A stretch of 64,000 nt of DNA, from NCBI GenBank assembly GCA_002452735.1, contig DKFD01000011.1:1-64000 (forward strand), written 5' to 3'. The position numbers and the translations under genes are program-made. The stretch is from Patescibacteria group bacterium UBA6805. Its GTDB lineage: Bacteria; Patescibacteriota; Minisyncoccia; Minisyncoccales; Minisyncoccaceae. Positions 54,191 to 63,403 of this stretch are shown piece by piece. The notes beneath the pieces are model-generated. The model was not told the DNA's origin, did not search any database, and saw only the letters and a list, made by a program, of their open reading frames with translations. Each line of letters opens with the position of its first letter. Position 1 is the first letter of the stretch.

Positions 54191-57100
54191 ATGGAAAACA
54201 AAATTTTCAAAACAATATTTTTTCTTTCAATAATATCAATGATTTTTATTGGAGGAGATGTTTGGGCAGATACTTGTAATGTGTGGACGTCTAAAACTAG
54301 TATGTCTATTAGTAGGGGTCACATGGGTTCGGCAGTAGTTAACAATAAAATTTATGTAATAAGTGGTTATTTAGGCAACTATGTAAGAACAAACAAAGTT
54401 GAAGAATATGACCCAGCCACTAACACATGGACAACTAAGGCCGACATACCTACAGCTAGAGAAATGTTTGGGGCCGCAGCTGTAAACAATAAAATTTATG
54501 CAATTGGAGGAGGAACTCCAAACACAACAGGTATAGTTGAAGAATATGACCCAGCCACTAACACATGGACAACCAAGGCTAACATGCCTACAGATAGAGC
54601 TGATTTTGGTATTGCAACTGTAAATAATAAGATTTATGTAATTGGAGGGATAAGAAATGACGGTGGCGCTGGTAATAAAGTTGAAGAATATGACCCAGCC
54701 ACTAACACATGGACAACCAAGGCCAACATGCCTACTGCAAGAGTGTCTCTTACTGCCGCAGCTGTAAACAATAAAATTTATGCAATTGGAGGGATAAGTG
54801 ATGGTGGCTACACAGATCTAAAAATAGTTGAAGAATATGACCCAGCCACTAACACATGGACAACTAAGGCTAACATGCCTACTGCAAGGAGTTATCTTAG
54901 TTCAAACTCACCAGCTATCAATGGTAAAATTTATGTCATTGGAGGGACTTCTGGAGGATCTTCTACAAACAAAGTTGAAGAATATGACCCAGCCACTAAC
55001 ACATGGACAACTAAGGCTAATATGATTACAGGTAGAGTTGGTCTTGTTACGGATGCAGTAAACAATAAAATTTATGCGATAGGTGGTTATGATAATAGTT
55101 CTTATGTATCAATTAATGAAGAATATGCTCCTTGTAACAACGGTTCTTGTGGAACAGCTAACGGTCACGGGTACTATTCAACATCATATATTGATACTTC
55201 TTCTGAAAGATGTTATGCAGGAACATTTGGCGGTTCGTTTGTCGACAATGGTTCTTCTTGGGGCTGGAGTTGTATAGGAACTGATGGTGGGACAACAGCA
55301 TCTTGTAGTGCCAATAAAGTTTTGGCAGGAAACTCAAACGGTCAGACACTGAAAAATCCACCGATAAACAACCTCTGCATGTATGGAGAACCGACGACAC
55401 CGATACTGACTGAAGATGTTTGGTATTGGTTTTGTAGAGATAATCCTGGAGTAGACGCAGTCGGTTACACATATAAAACCGCTTGTGGCTATTCTGACGG
55501 AGGAAGCTCATCTTATCCTCCCGAGACAGATCTTTGCAAGCATGGAGAACCCTCTTCAGTGATAACGGGCGAAACATATACATGGACCTGTACTGGGAAT
55601 GATTCCCTTTCGGTTAGTTGTTCTACAGACATTAATAGTAAATGCGGAACAGCTGATAGACATGGATACTCGGCGACTTCATACATAGATCTTAGTGAAG
55701 AAAGATGTCAGTCAGGATCAGCATTCGGCGGTGTATTTATCGACAGCGGTTCTTTTTGGAATTGGACCTGTGGCGTTAGTTCTTCGTCTTGGACGATAAA
55801 TGCATCTATGCCGGTTAGCGGTGAAGATATTAGGCCTCACACGGCGGTTATCAATGGAAAAATTTATATCATCAAAACATCGGCCCCTAGTGTTCATGAA
55901 TATAATCCAAGTACTAATACTTGGGTAGCAAAGGCCAGCATGCCCACTGCGAGAGAGGATCTTTCTAAGGCGTCTAAGGCGATAGTTATTAATAACAAAA
56001 TATATGTATTAGGAGGAAGGATTTTAGGTGTTAATTTAAAAAACAATGAAATGTATGATCCGGCTACTAATACTTGGACGATAAAAGCGCAAATGCCCAC
56101 AACTGCTTATGAATCGGGCATAGTAGCTGTTAATGGAAAAATATATCTAATCGGTATGAATGGTGCTTCTAGAACAGTCTATGAATATAATCCAAATACC
56201 GACACATGGACAAACAAAGGATCAGCCATTCCCAACGAAAGGACTGCTAATACTGGAGGGATGACAGCGGTTGTCGATGGCAAAATTTATGTCATTGGAG
56301 GTAATTCTACGGGTTCTACTGACGAATACGATCTAGTCACTAACACCTGGACGACCAAAGCCAATATGGTTTTTCCGATACAAGATGGAGTAGTAGCGGT
56401 CGTCGATAAAAAAATATATATTCTGGGGGGCAGAGATATGGACTGGATACCCAAAATGTGGAACCAACAATACGATCCGACCACTAACACATGGAATAGT
56501 TTAGCTAATGTCCCTTATAATACATCCAATGTGGTCCCCGGATTGGCTGTTCTCGACAACAAAATATATCTGATGGGACTTAGTGGTAGTTCTACTACAA
56601 GAAATTTTTATGAATTCAATCCAATCACTAATATTTGGTATTATAAAACACCAATGAACTTCGAAAAAGAACGTTTTGGGGTAGCGGTCGTCGACAATGT
56701 AATTTATACCATCGGGGGATGGAATCGCAACGAAAACGAATCATACGGGTTTTCGAGTACCTGCTTTGCCAACAAGGTTGCGACTGGAAATGCTGACGGT
56801 CAAATACTGAAAAACGAGCCTTTAGTCGATCTTTGCGAATACGGAGAAACAACAACACCGATCCTGGCTGACGATGTTTGGAATTGGACCTGTACCAATA
56901 ATCCCGGAGTGGACGCATTCGGCCTTGCTTATAAAACAACTTGTGGTTCTTCCCATGGAGGATTTTCTTCAGAGCCACCAACTGATTTATGTAAACACGG
57001 AACGCCTTCTGAGGTTATAGATAATCCTTTAACCTATGATTGGACCTGTATGGGAGATGATTCATTGGCAGTTACTTGTCAGGCTCCAAAAGAGTTTTCT

Positions 57101-58597
57101 TGCGGTAATAATTTTATAGATTCTCGTGATAGTCAAACATATTCTACTGTTCAAATAGGAGACCAATGCTGGATGAAAGAGAATTTAAATTATACAACAG
57201 GAAATAGTTGGTGTTATGATGATAATCCTGCTAATTGTGATATTTACGGAAGATTATACAATGCAAGCACCGCTCAAACTGCTTGTCCTTCGGGGTGGTA
57301 TTTGCCAAGCGACGCCGAGTTTGGTGTTTTATTTAGTTTTGCTAGTCAGAGCATGAATAAGCTTCGAGCTTCCCCTCCTGCTTGGGACGGACAAGACAGT
57401 TATGGATTTAATGTACTTCCCTCTGGAGGGCGAGTTAGTGGCGCATACGAGCATCTTGGTTCGATGAGTGGTTTTTGGGATTCTGGTACGGTATTAGGAT
57501 ATCATATTGTCAAGCAGTTTTTTTCAGGCATGGATGTGGCGATTGCATACGCAGGAGAACCTTACGAGCCCAATGGTTATGCGGTTCGATGCCTTAAAGG
57601 TCCTGTTGATGGCGCTTGCGGTGCCAGCCAGGGCGGACTTTCGTCCACTCCTCCCGAGGCAGGTCTTTGCAGCGCCGGCAATCCTTCTTTTGTGACAACC
57701 AATGCCACGACATATACCTGGACCTGTAACAGTCCCGGAGGCGGGAGCGATGCTAATTGTTCGTCCAATAGGATATCATTCAACAATCCTTATGACATTA
57801 ACAGCGATGAATCGTGCTGGTTCTGCGAATATTACTATGACACGGGTGGAATCCTGAGAGAAGGAAAACTAAACAACGGCATAGCGGATTTGGAATTTAA
57901 GTTTACCACCAACGCTTCCGATTACAACTCTTATAAATTTGCCATAGGTACAATTAATGACGTGAGCCAGGCAATGCAAACCGACGGATGGCTTTCCGTT
58001 TCTTCTTCTGAAACATTATTCAGCGGAGCAAAAGTAAGAAGGTCGGGAGCAGACCAGAAAGAGGGGAGCAACGGTTTCTTGCTTACTTATACCAAGACAT
58101 ACTATTGGTGGGTGAAATTAAGGAAGCCGGACTTGACGGAAACAGAATGGATGGCGGGAGGAACATTAATCACTCCCGAGAAAGCGTTCCCGATAGTAAG
58201 GATAGCGGCCGACAAGGCAATCGTGACCGTGGGAACGAACATTCAGTATTGTGCCAACGCAGAGGGTGATTGCGCCCCGGTCTGCTGGACCGGAACGGGT
58301 GCCCCAGTGGTTGACCCTGATAATTATAACTGGCATTGCAGTGTTTGCTTTAATTCAAGCAATCAGCCCGTGGCTTGTACTAGCGGAAACGCATCTTTCT
58401 CATGGGTTTTGCCTACGGACAGCGGTGCCTACATGAATTCAACAACCGAACTAAGCGCCAATCCGGTATTCAGATTCAACCAGGTAATCCAGACATTTAA
58501 ACCGGGATTGGCCATAACAGGGTCCGAGTGCGCCGCCGAGGGAGAAACAGGAACAAAGGCGCCGTTGCCCAAATGGAGGGAGGTTTCACCGTTTTAA
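54191..58597 (+). CDS. giant secreted Kelch beta-propeller / FISUMP-domain protein
   Basis: 1468 aa; signal peptide; five near-identical Kelch blades 'NKIYxIGG...VEEYDPATNTWTTKANMPTAR' followed by a second, diverged propeller; two copies of an approximately 105-aa Cys module ('CxANKV..G..G..LKN.P...LC.YGE.TTPIL..DVW.W.C..NPGVDA.G..YKT.CG.S.GG.SS.PP.DLCKHG.PS.V.....Y.WTC.G.DSL.V.C'); a Fibrobacter-succinogenes-paralogous (FISUMP, TIGR02145-like) domain 'DSRDSQTYSTVQIGDQCWMKENLNY...CYDDNPANCDIYGRLYN...CPSGWYLPSD'. Confidence 0.7.
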   Translation: MENKIFKTIFFLSIISMIFIGGDVWADTCNVWTSKTSMSISRGHMGSAVVNNKIYVISGYLGNYVRTNKVEEYDPATNTWTTKADIPTAREMFGAAAVNNKIYAIGGGTPNTTGIVEEYDPATNTWTTKANMPTDRADFGIATVNNKIYVIGGIRNDGGAGNKVEEYDPATNTWTTKANMPTARVSLTAAAVNNKIYAIGGISDGGYTDLKIVEEYDPATNTWTTKANMPTARSYLSSNSPAINGKIYVIGGTSGGSSTNKVEEYDPATNTWTTKANMITGRVGLVTDAVNNKIYAIGGYDNSSYVSINEEYAPCNNGSCGTANGHGYYSTSYIDTSSERCYAGTFGGSFVDNGSSWGWSCIGTDGGTTASCSANKVLAGNSNGQTLKNPPINNLCMYGEPTTPILTEDVWYWFCRDNPGVDAVGYTYKTACGYSDGGSSSYPPETDLCKHGEPSSVITGETYTWTCTGNDSLSVSCSTDINSKCGTADRHGYSATSYIDLSEERCQSGSAFGGVFIDSGSFWNWTCGVSSSSWTINASMPVSGEDIRPHTAVINGKIYIIKTSAPSVHEYNPSTNTWVAKASMPTAREDLSKASKAIVINNKIYVLGGRILGVNLKNNEMYDPATNTWTIKAQMPTTAYESGIVAVNGKIYLIGMNGASRTVYEYNPNTDTWTNKGSAIPNERTANTGGMTAVVDGKIYVIGGNSTGSTDEYDLVTNTWTTKANMVFPIQDGVVAVVDKKIYILGGRDMDWIPKMWNQQYDPTTNTWNSLANVPYNTSNVVPGLAVLDNKIYLMGLSGSSTTRNFYEFNPITNIWYYKTPMNFEKERFGVAVVDNVIYTIGGWNRNENESYGFSSTCFANKVATGNADGQILKNEPLVDLCEYGETTTPILADDVWNWTCTNNPGVDAFGLAYKTTCGSSHGGFSSEPPTDLCKHGTPSEVIDNPLTYDWTCMGDDSLAVTCQAPKEFSCGNNFIDSRDSQTYSTVQIGDQCWMKENLNYTTGNSWCYDDNPANCDIYGRLYNASTAQTACPSGWYLPSDAEFGVLFSFASQSMNKLRASPPAWDGQDSYGFNVLPSGGRVSGAYEHLGSMSGFWDSGTVLGYHIVKQFFSGMDVAIAYAGEPYEPNGYAVRCLKGPVDGACGASQGGLSSTPPEAGLCSAGNPSFVTTNATTYTWTCNSPGGGSDANCSSNRISFNNPYDINSDESCWFCEYYYDTGGILREGKLNNGIADLEFKFTTNASDYNSYKFAIGTINDVSQAMQTDGWLSVSSSETLFSGAKVRRSGADQKEGSNGFLLTYTKTYYWWVKLRKPDLTETEWMAGGTLITPEKAFPIVRIAADKAIVTVGTNIQYCANAEGDCAPVCWTGTGAPVVDPDNYNWHCSVCFNSSNQPVACTSGNASFSWVLPTDSGAYMNSTTELSANPVFRFNQVIQTFKPGLAITGSECAAEGETGTKAPLPKWREVSPF
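54390..55120 (+). repeat. about five tandem DNA-level repeats (period about 145 bp) sharing a near-identical 50-60-nt core GTTGAAGAATATGACCCAGCCACTAACACATGGACAAC(T/C)AAGGC inside the Kelch gene
   Basis: cores at about 54399, 54536, 54683, 54827 and 54976. Confidence 0.8.
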
Positions 58598-58734
58598 TAA
58601 AACAGAGCGATAGGCTTTATGCTTAATCTGCCGGCTCTTCTGTTTGCACGGGGAGCAGGAAGGGGCGACACAGGAACCAATGCCTGGTCGCCCCCCTCAA
58701 ATGGAAAGAATGGCGTCATGGTTAAAGAAATTTT

Positions 58735-58764
58735 AAAACCCCTTGTCTTTACAGGGGTTTTTTG
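58735..58764 (+). terminator. rho-independent terminator after the Kelch/FISUMP gene (AAAACCCCT-tgtctttac-AGGGGTTTTTT)
   Basis: 7-9-bp stem plus T-tract. Confidence 0.6.
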
Positions 58765-58904
58765 ATATAATGAAATCGTAGATTATTAGATTAATTTGAA
58801 TCTTTGGTAACAATTTAAGATTTAACTCAATGAAGTCAAGAAGATTATCTTAAAGAATGACAAAAGCATAGGTATTTTTATGTGCCAAATTTTCAACTAC
58901 ATGT

Positions 58905-60437
58905 ATGATGGAAACCTTAACACCCTTTGCCATGGTTACGATTGCTGTGGCCACTGGAGCCGTAATCGGCTATTATGTCCGCCAATCGATTGCCAGGAAA
59001 CGGGCGGGAACAATAGAAGCAGAGCTTCAAAAAAAGATAATTCAAACCAAGCAAGCGGCTGAAGAAATCGTTTCCAAGGCCAAAGAAAGAGCAGAGACCT
59101 TGGAGAAAAAAACATACGCTGACCTGGAAGAAAGACAAAAAGTATTAGTCAGGGCGGAAAACCGCATTTTGAAAAAAGAAGAAGACTTTGAGAACAAGGA
59201 AAAAGAAATTGTTGTCAAAGAGAAAGAGGTTTTTTCAAAAGTGGAGAAGCTGAAAGAAATCAAAAAAGACCTGGACGTTCTGAAGGAAGAGACCCTGAAG
59301 AATCTGGAAAAGATATCGGGACTGAGCAAAGACCAGGCCAAAGAAGAACTCTTGGCCAAAGCAGAAAGAGAATATCAGGCGGAGATTCTGGACAGGATAA
59401 GAAAAATGGAAGAGAGGGGAACAGAGCAATACGAAAGAAAAGCCAAGGAGATTTTAAGCAACGCCATCCAATCATACGCCTTGTCTCAGGCCCAGGAGCT
59501 TACCACCTCCTCGGTTGACATTCCTTCGGACGAGATAAAAGGAAGGATTATCGGGAAAGAGGGAAGGAATATCAGGGCCTTTGAAAAGGCGACCGGCGTG
59601 GAATTGATTGTTGACGAAACTCCGGGAGTGGTTATTCTTTCAAGTTTTAACCCCATAAGAAGAGAAATCGCCAAGATTGCCCTGGAAAGGCTTTTGAGAG
59701 ACGGGAGAATCCAGCCGGCCAGGGTGGAGCAGGAAATTGAAAAAGCGGAAGAGGAGGTGAACAAAAAGACGAAAGAGGCGGGCGAGGCAGCGGTTTACGA
59801 AGCAGGGGTTCTGGATTTGCCGGAGAAGCTGACGCAGATTCTGGGAAGATTGCAATATAGAACAAGTTACGGCCAGAATGTATTGAATCATTCGATAGAA
59901 GTGTCGCTCTTGGCTGGCGTCATCGCCTCGGAACTGGGCCTTGATGTGCCGTTGTGCAGGAAAGCCGGGCTTCTTCACGATATAGGGAAAGCCCTTGACT
60001 ATAAGGCAGAAGGGTCGCATACTGATATCGGAGGCAAGATTTTGGAGAAATTTGACATAGACCCGAGAATAATCATAGCCATCAAATCCCACCACGAAGA
60101 ATATCCTTATGAAAGCGTAGAAGCGAGGATTATCCAGGCCGCTGACCAGGTATCGGGTGCAAGGCCCGGAGCCAGGAAGGATTCGCTGGAGAATTACTTG
60201 AAGAGATTGGGAGACCTGGAAGATATTGCTTTGTCCTTCCCGGGAGTGGAAAAGGCTTATGCCATTCAGGGCGGGAGGGAAATCAGGATTTTTGTTAAGC
60301 CCGGAGACATTGATGATTTGACGGCTCACAAGCTGGCCAGGGACATTGCCAAAAAAATTCAGGAAGAGCTGAGATATCCGGGAGAAATCAAAGTCAATTT
60401 GATACGCGAAATGAGAGTGGTTGAATATGCGAAATAA
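58905..60437 (+). CDS. rny: ribonuclease Y
   Basis: 510 aa; N-terminal membrane anchor, coiled-coil, KH domain 'GRIIGKEGRNIRAFE', HD domain 'LLHDIGKA'. Confidence 0.9.
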   Translation: MMETLTPFAMVTIAVATGAVIGYYVRQSIARKRAGTIEAELQKKIIQTKQAAEEIVSKAKERAETLEKKTYADLEERQKVLVRAENRILKKEEDFENKEKEIVVKEKEVFSKVEKLKEIKKDLDVLKEETLKNLEKISGLSKDQAKEELLAKAEREYQAEILDRIRKMEERGTEQYERKAKEILSNAIQSYALSQAQELTTSSVDIPSDEIKGRIIGKEGRNIRAFEKATGVELIVDETPGVVILSSFNPIRREIAKIALERLLRDGRIQPARVEQEIEKAEEEVNKKTKEAGEAAVYEAGVLDLPEKLTQILGRLQYRTSYGQNVLNHSIEVSLLAGVIASELGLDVPLCRKAGLLHDIGKALDYKAEGSHTDIGGKILEKFDIDPRIIIAIKSHHEEYPYESVEARIIQAADQVSGARPGARKDSLENYLKRLGDLEDIALSFPGVEKAYAIQGGREIRIFVKPGDIDDLTAHKLARDIAKKIQEELRYPGEIKVNLIREMRVVEYAK

Positions 60438-60526
60438 TAAAATAAAAGGTCGATGCAAATTCTAACAGGTTTGATTTTGGAAATTAATCAGACAATTGAT
60501 TTTCAAGCCCCAAACCTTAAACAAAA

Positions 60527-60799
60527 ATGACAAAAGAAGATATCGTCGAAGCAATCGTTAAAAAGACAGCGATGTCCAAGAAAGACGCGGTTGAAGCTTT
60601 GAATACCATTATTGAAGAAATCACCAAGGTTCTTTCCAAAGGAGGTCAAGTCGTTTTGACAGGCTTTGGAACGTTTAGAGTGGGAGCCAGGGCAGCGAGA
60701 GAGGGAAGAAATCCCAAGACAGGAGAAAAGATTAAGATTCCGGCAATGAAGAGCCCTAAGTTTAAAGCAGGAAAAGCTTTAAAGGACGCTGTAAGATAG
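60527..60799 (+). CDS. hup: DNA-binding protein HU
   Basis: 90 aa; 'GFGTFRVGARAAREGRNPKTGEKIKIPA' arm motif. Confidence 0.9.
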   Translation: MTKEDIVEAIVKKTAMSKKDAVEALNTIIEEITKVLSKGGQVVLTGFGTFRVGARAAREGRNPKTGEKIKIPAMKSPKFKAGKALKDAVR

Positions 60800-60811
60800 T
60801 TTCAAAATAAA

Positions 60812-60842
60812 GAATCGCCCGTTAATGCGGGCGATTTTCTTT
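60812..60842. terminator. bidirectional rho-independent terminator (AATCGCCCG-ttaatg-CGGGCGATT flanked by T-rich runs on both strands) between hup and the convergent tRNA-Ala
   Basis: 9-bp perfect stem. Confidence 0.6.
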
Positions 60843-60843
60843 A

Positions 60844-60917
60844 TGGTGGACCCGCGGGGAATTGAACCCCGGACTCGTCGATGCCATCGACGTGTGTTAC
60901 CTCTATACTACGGGCCC
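60844..60917 (-). tRNA. tRNA-Ala (anticodon GGC) with encoded CCA
   Basis: manual fold: acceptor GGGCCCG/CGGGTCC with G3:U70, anticodon stem CGTCG/CGACG with loop ATGGCAT, T-stem CGGGG/CCCCG with loop TTCAATT, 3' ACCA. Confidence 0.75.
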
Positions 60918-60991
60918 GTTCTTTTATTATATGGTTTTTAAATAAAAAAACAAGCTTGCTATTTGGTTAAAATTGATATATTGTATATATA

Positions 60992-61729
60992 ATGGTGGGA
61001 AAAGAGGATTTGCATGAAAAGGCAGTAGCTTTAAGAAACAGAGGTTTTACATATGGCGAAATACTGGAAAAGATTAATTTCAAAGTCAGCAACAGCACTA
61101 TCTCTTGCTGGTGTTCTGGAATAGAGCTTACGCCGTCCCAGAAAGACAGAATTAAAGAGAAGCAAAGAAATTTTAAGCTTATCAAGCACCTAATAAGCAA
61201 GTCCATTAAGGATGAAGAAGGGGCAAGGGCTTGGGCGAAGGAAAAAGCTGAGTTAATCGCGAGTAATAATCTTAAAAATTTGATACTATCCGGAACAATG
61301 CTTTATTGGGCAGAAGGGTATGGTTCAACAGGAAAAAGTGCCGGATTCACAAACACAGACCCCCAAATGATAAAGATAATGATGAAGTTTTTCAGGGAGG
61401 TGTTGGGAGTAGAGGATAGAAAAATCAAAATAATGGTAAGAATTGATAAAAGAAACGATATTGGAAGAGCTGTAAATTATTGGTCAAAAATTGTTAAATT
61501 GCCATTATCCAATTTTCATAAAACGGAAATTTTAGAAACTAAAAACAATAAATATCCGAATGGCATATGCAGGATTACGGTTTATGATGTTTCTGTAAGA
61601 AGAAAGATTGACAATCTTCTTAAATTAATAAAAGATAAGTGGGCCCCTGTAGCTCAGAGGATAGAGCAGCACACTCCTAAGGTGAAGGCCGTAGGTTCGA
61701 TTCCTACCGGGGGCACAATTAAAATATGA
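60992..61729 (+). CDS. hypothetical protein with N-terminal HTH-like segment and a LAGLIDADG-like 'LYWAEGYGS' motif; the reading frame runs through the downstream tRNA
   Basis: 245-aa ORF; its last roughly 29 codons are the translation of the tRNA-Arg(CCT) gene, so the true 3' end is uncertain. Confidence 0.3.
   Translation: MVGKEDLHEKAVALRNRGFTYGEILEKINFKVSNSTISCWCSGIELTPSQKDRIKEKQRNFKLIKHLISKSIKDEEGARAWAKEKAELIASNNLKNLILSGTMLYWAEGYGSTGKSAGFTNTDPQMIKIMMKFFREVLGVEDRKIKIMVRIDKRNDIGRAVNYWSKIVKLPLSNFHKTEILETKNNKYPNGICRITVYDVSVRRKIDNLLKLIKDKWAPVAQRIEQHTPKVKAVGSIPTGGTIKI
61643..61715 (+). tRNA. tRNA-Arg (anticodon CCT) with a weakened anticodon stem
   Basis: acceptor GCCCCTG/CGGGGGC, canonical D-arm GTAGCTCAGAGGATAGAGCA and T-arm GTAGGTTCGATTCCTAC, loop CTCCTAA; the stem GCACA/GGTGA has only 3 Watson-Crick pairs; no CCA. 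Confidence 0.55.
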
Positions 61730-62748
61730 AAAAATCACCCATTGTTTCCATCGCCAAAAAGGTCTGCCCGGCCGTGATAACCATCGTGGCCTCGAGAGAT
61801 TTGCCGGAGATAGAAGAATTCTACTTCCTTCCTTTCAGGGGGGAGAAGATTGCTTTTCCCAAGAAATTGAAGGAGAACCAGAAGACCAAGATAGGGGGAG
61901 GGTCTGGTTTTATCGTTTCCAAAGACGGATATGTCCTTACCTGTAATCACGTAGTTGAGGACAAAGAGGCTGATTTTACCGTCATCGTCGACCCTGACCA
62001 CAAATATCAGGCCAAGGTTCTGGACAAAGACCCTTTGATTGATATGGCCATATTGAAAATACAAGGGAATAATTTTTCTTGCTTGAATCTGGGAGATTCA
62101 GACAAGCTGGAGCTGGGAGAATCGGTAATGGCCGTGGGCAATCCTTTGGGAGAGTTTGAAGACACCCTTTCCTTTGGAATCGTTTCCGGCCTGAGCAGGA
62201 AAATCAATGCTTCCAGCGGCTTCGGCTCCAACGTCACCCCCTTAAGAGGCTTGATTCAGACCGATGCGGCCATTAACCCCGGCAATTCAGGAGGTCCCTT
62301 GGTGGACATGAAGGGAGAAGTGGTGGGTATAAACACAGCCATGATTATGGGAGCGGAAAACATCGGCTTTGCCCTGCCCATCAACTATATCAAAGAAGAC
62401 TTGAAAGAAGTTAAGAAAAAAGGAAAAATCAAAAGACCTTATCTCGGAGTTAAATATATAATCTTAAACAAAGAAATATCCAAGACGAACAAGATGGGGG
62501 TTGATTACGGAGCGCTGATTGTCAGGGAAATGTTCGGTGAATCGGCCGTGGCCAAAGATTCAAGCGCCGACCTGGCCGGGCTCAAAGAATACGACATTAT
62601 TTTGGAAATAAACAAGGGAAAAATCACTCAGGACAATTCTTTGGCCGACGCAGTGGCCAAGTACAAGACAGGAGATAGGATTGTTCTCAAGGTTTTAAGA
62701 GAAGGAAAAGAAATCCAGCTGGAAACAGAGCTCAAGGAGAGGAAATAA
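61726..62748 (+). CDS. htrA: HtrA/DegP-family serine protease with PDZ domain
   Basis: 340 aa; catalytic His 'TCNHVV', Asp 'DMAILKI', Ser 'GNSGGPLVD'; C-terminal PDZ. Confidence 0.85.
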   Translation: MKKSPIVSIAKKVCPAVITIVASRDLPEIEEFYFLPFRGEKIAFPKKLKENQKTKIGGGSGFIVSKDGYVLTCNHVVEDKEADFTVIVDPDHKYQAKVLDKDPLIDMAILKIQGNNFSCLNLGDSDKLELGESVMAVGNPLGEFEDTLSFGIVSGLSRKINASSGFGSNVTPLRGLIQTDAAINPGNSGGPLVDMKGEVVGINTAMIMGAENIGFALPINYIKEDLKEVKKKGKIKRPYLGVKYIILNKEISKTNKMGVDYGALIVREMFGESAVAKDSSADLAGLKEYDIILEINKGKITQDNSLADAVAKYKTGDRIVLKVLREGKEIQLETELKERK

Positions 62749-62767
62749 AAAAGGGCTTAGAAAAAAT

Positions 62768-63226
62768 CTAAACCCCGTTTTCGGATATTATCTCCCTTAT
62801 TCTTTGAAGGATGGTTTCTGTAGCCACCCGGTCATTGAAATCAAGTCGCTCGTGAATTTCAATCAGCTGGGAAAGCGTCTCAGCGGTTTTGGCCATCATC
62901 TGGAGGCAGGTGCTTTTCAAGCGCCAGTCTCCGCTAAAACCGCCTAAGTTTATTTGTTCGTAAAGTTCGCTCCACCAGTTCCAGTCTTTTTCAAGACCGG
63001 ACAGCGTCTGACAAACGAGGTCTCTCTCCGTCAGATTTTGCTTAGCCAGAACTTTTTGATAAATATCTGCCCATTGCCTGGGTGATAATTTCGACAGCGA
63101 ATCTCTGGCCCCTGGTGCAGGGAGCATTACCATAACGGCTATGCTTAAGTTGAATTTTGCGGTCAGTTGGTTAAAAATCCTTGCGGCCTGCTCAGAAGTT
63201 AAGTTTTTAAGGTCCATCACAACCAC
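62768..63226 (-). CDS. hypothetical protein
   Basis: 152 aa; no motifs recognised. Confidence 0.35.
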   Translation of the reverse strand: MVVMDLKNLTSEQAARIFNQLTAKFNLSIAVMVMLPAPGARDSLSKLSPRQWADIYQKVLAKQNLTERDLVCQTLSGLEKDWNWWSELYEQINLGGFSGDWRLKSTCLQMMAKTAETLSQLIEIHERLDFNDRVATETILQRIREIISENGV

Positions 63227-63403
63227 CTCTTTGTGGTCGACTGAAGTGTATTACAAAAGAAGATTCTTGTAAACAAGGCCGATTTTCCGGGAACCGTTTT
63301 GATGTGGTCTTTATGTGACATATTATGTTTCAATTTTAAGTCTTTCAGAATCTTTGTCAAATAAATATTTGTAAATTATTTTAAAATTTGTTAATGTTGG
63401 CTA

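Noticed and set aside
59640-60458. 272-aa minus-strand ORF
   Set aside because: It is antisense to rny (clear KH/HD motifs on the plus strand) and has no motifs.
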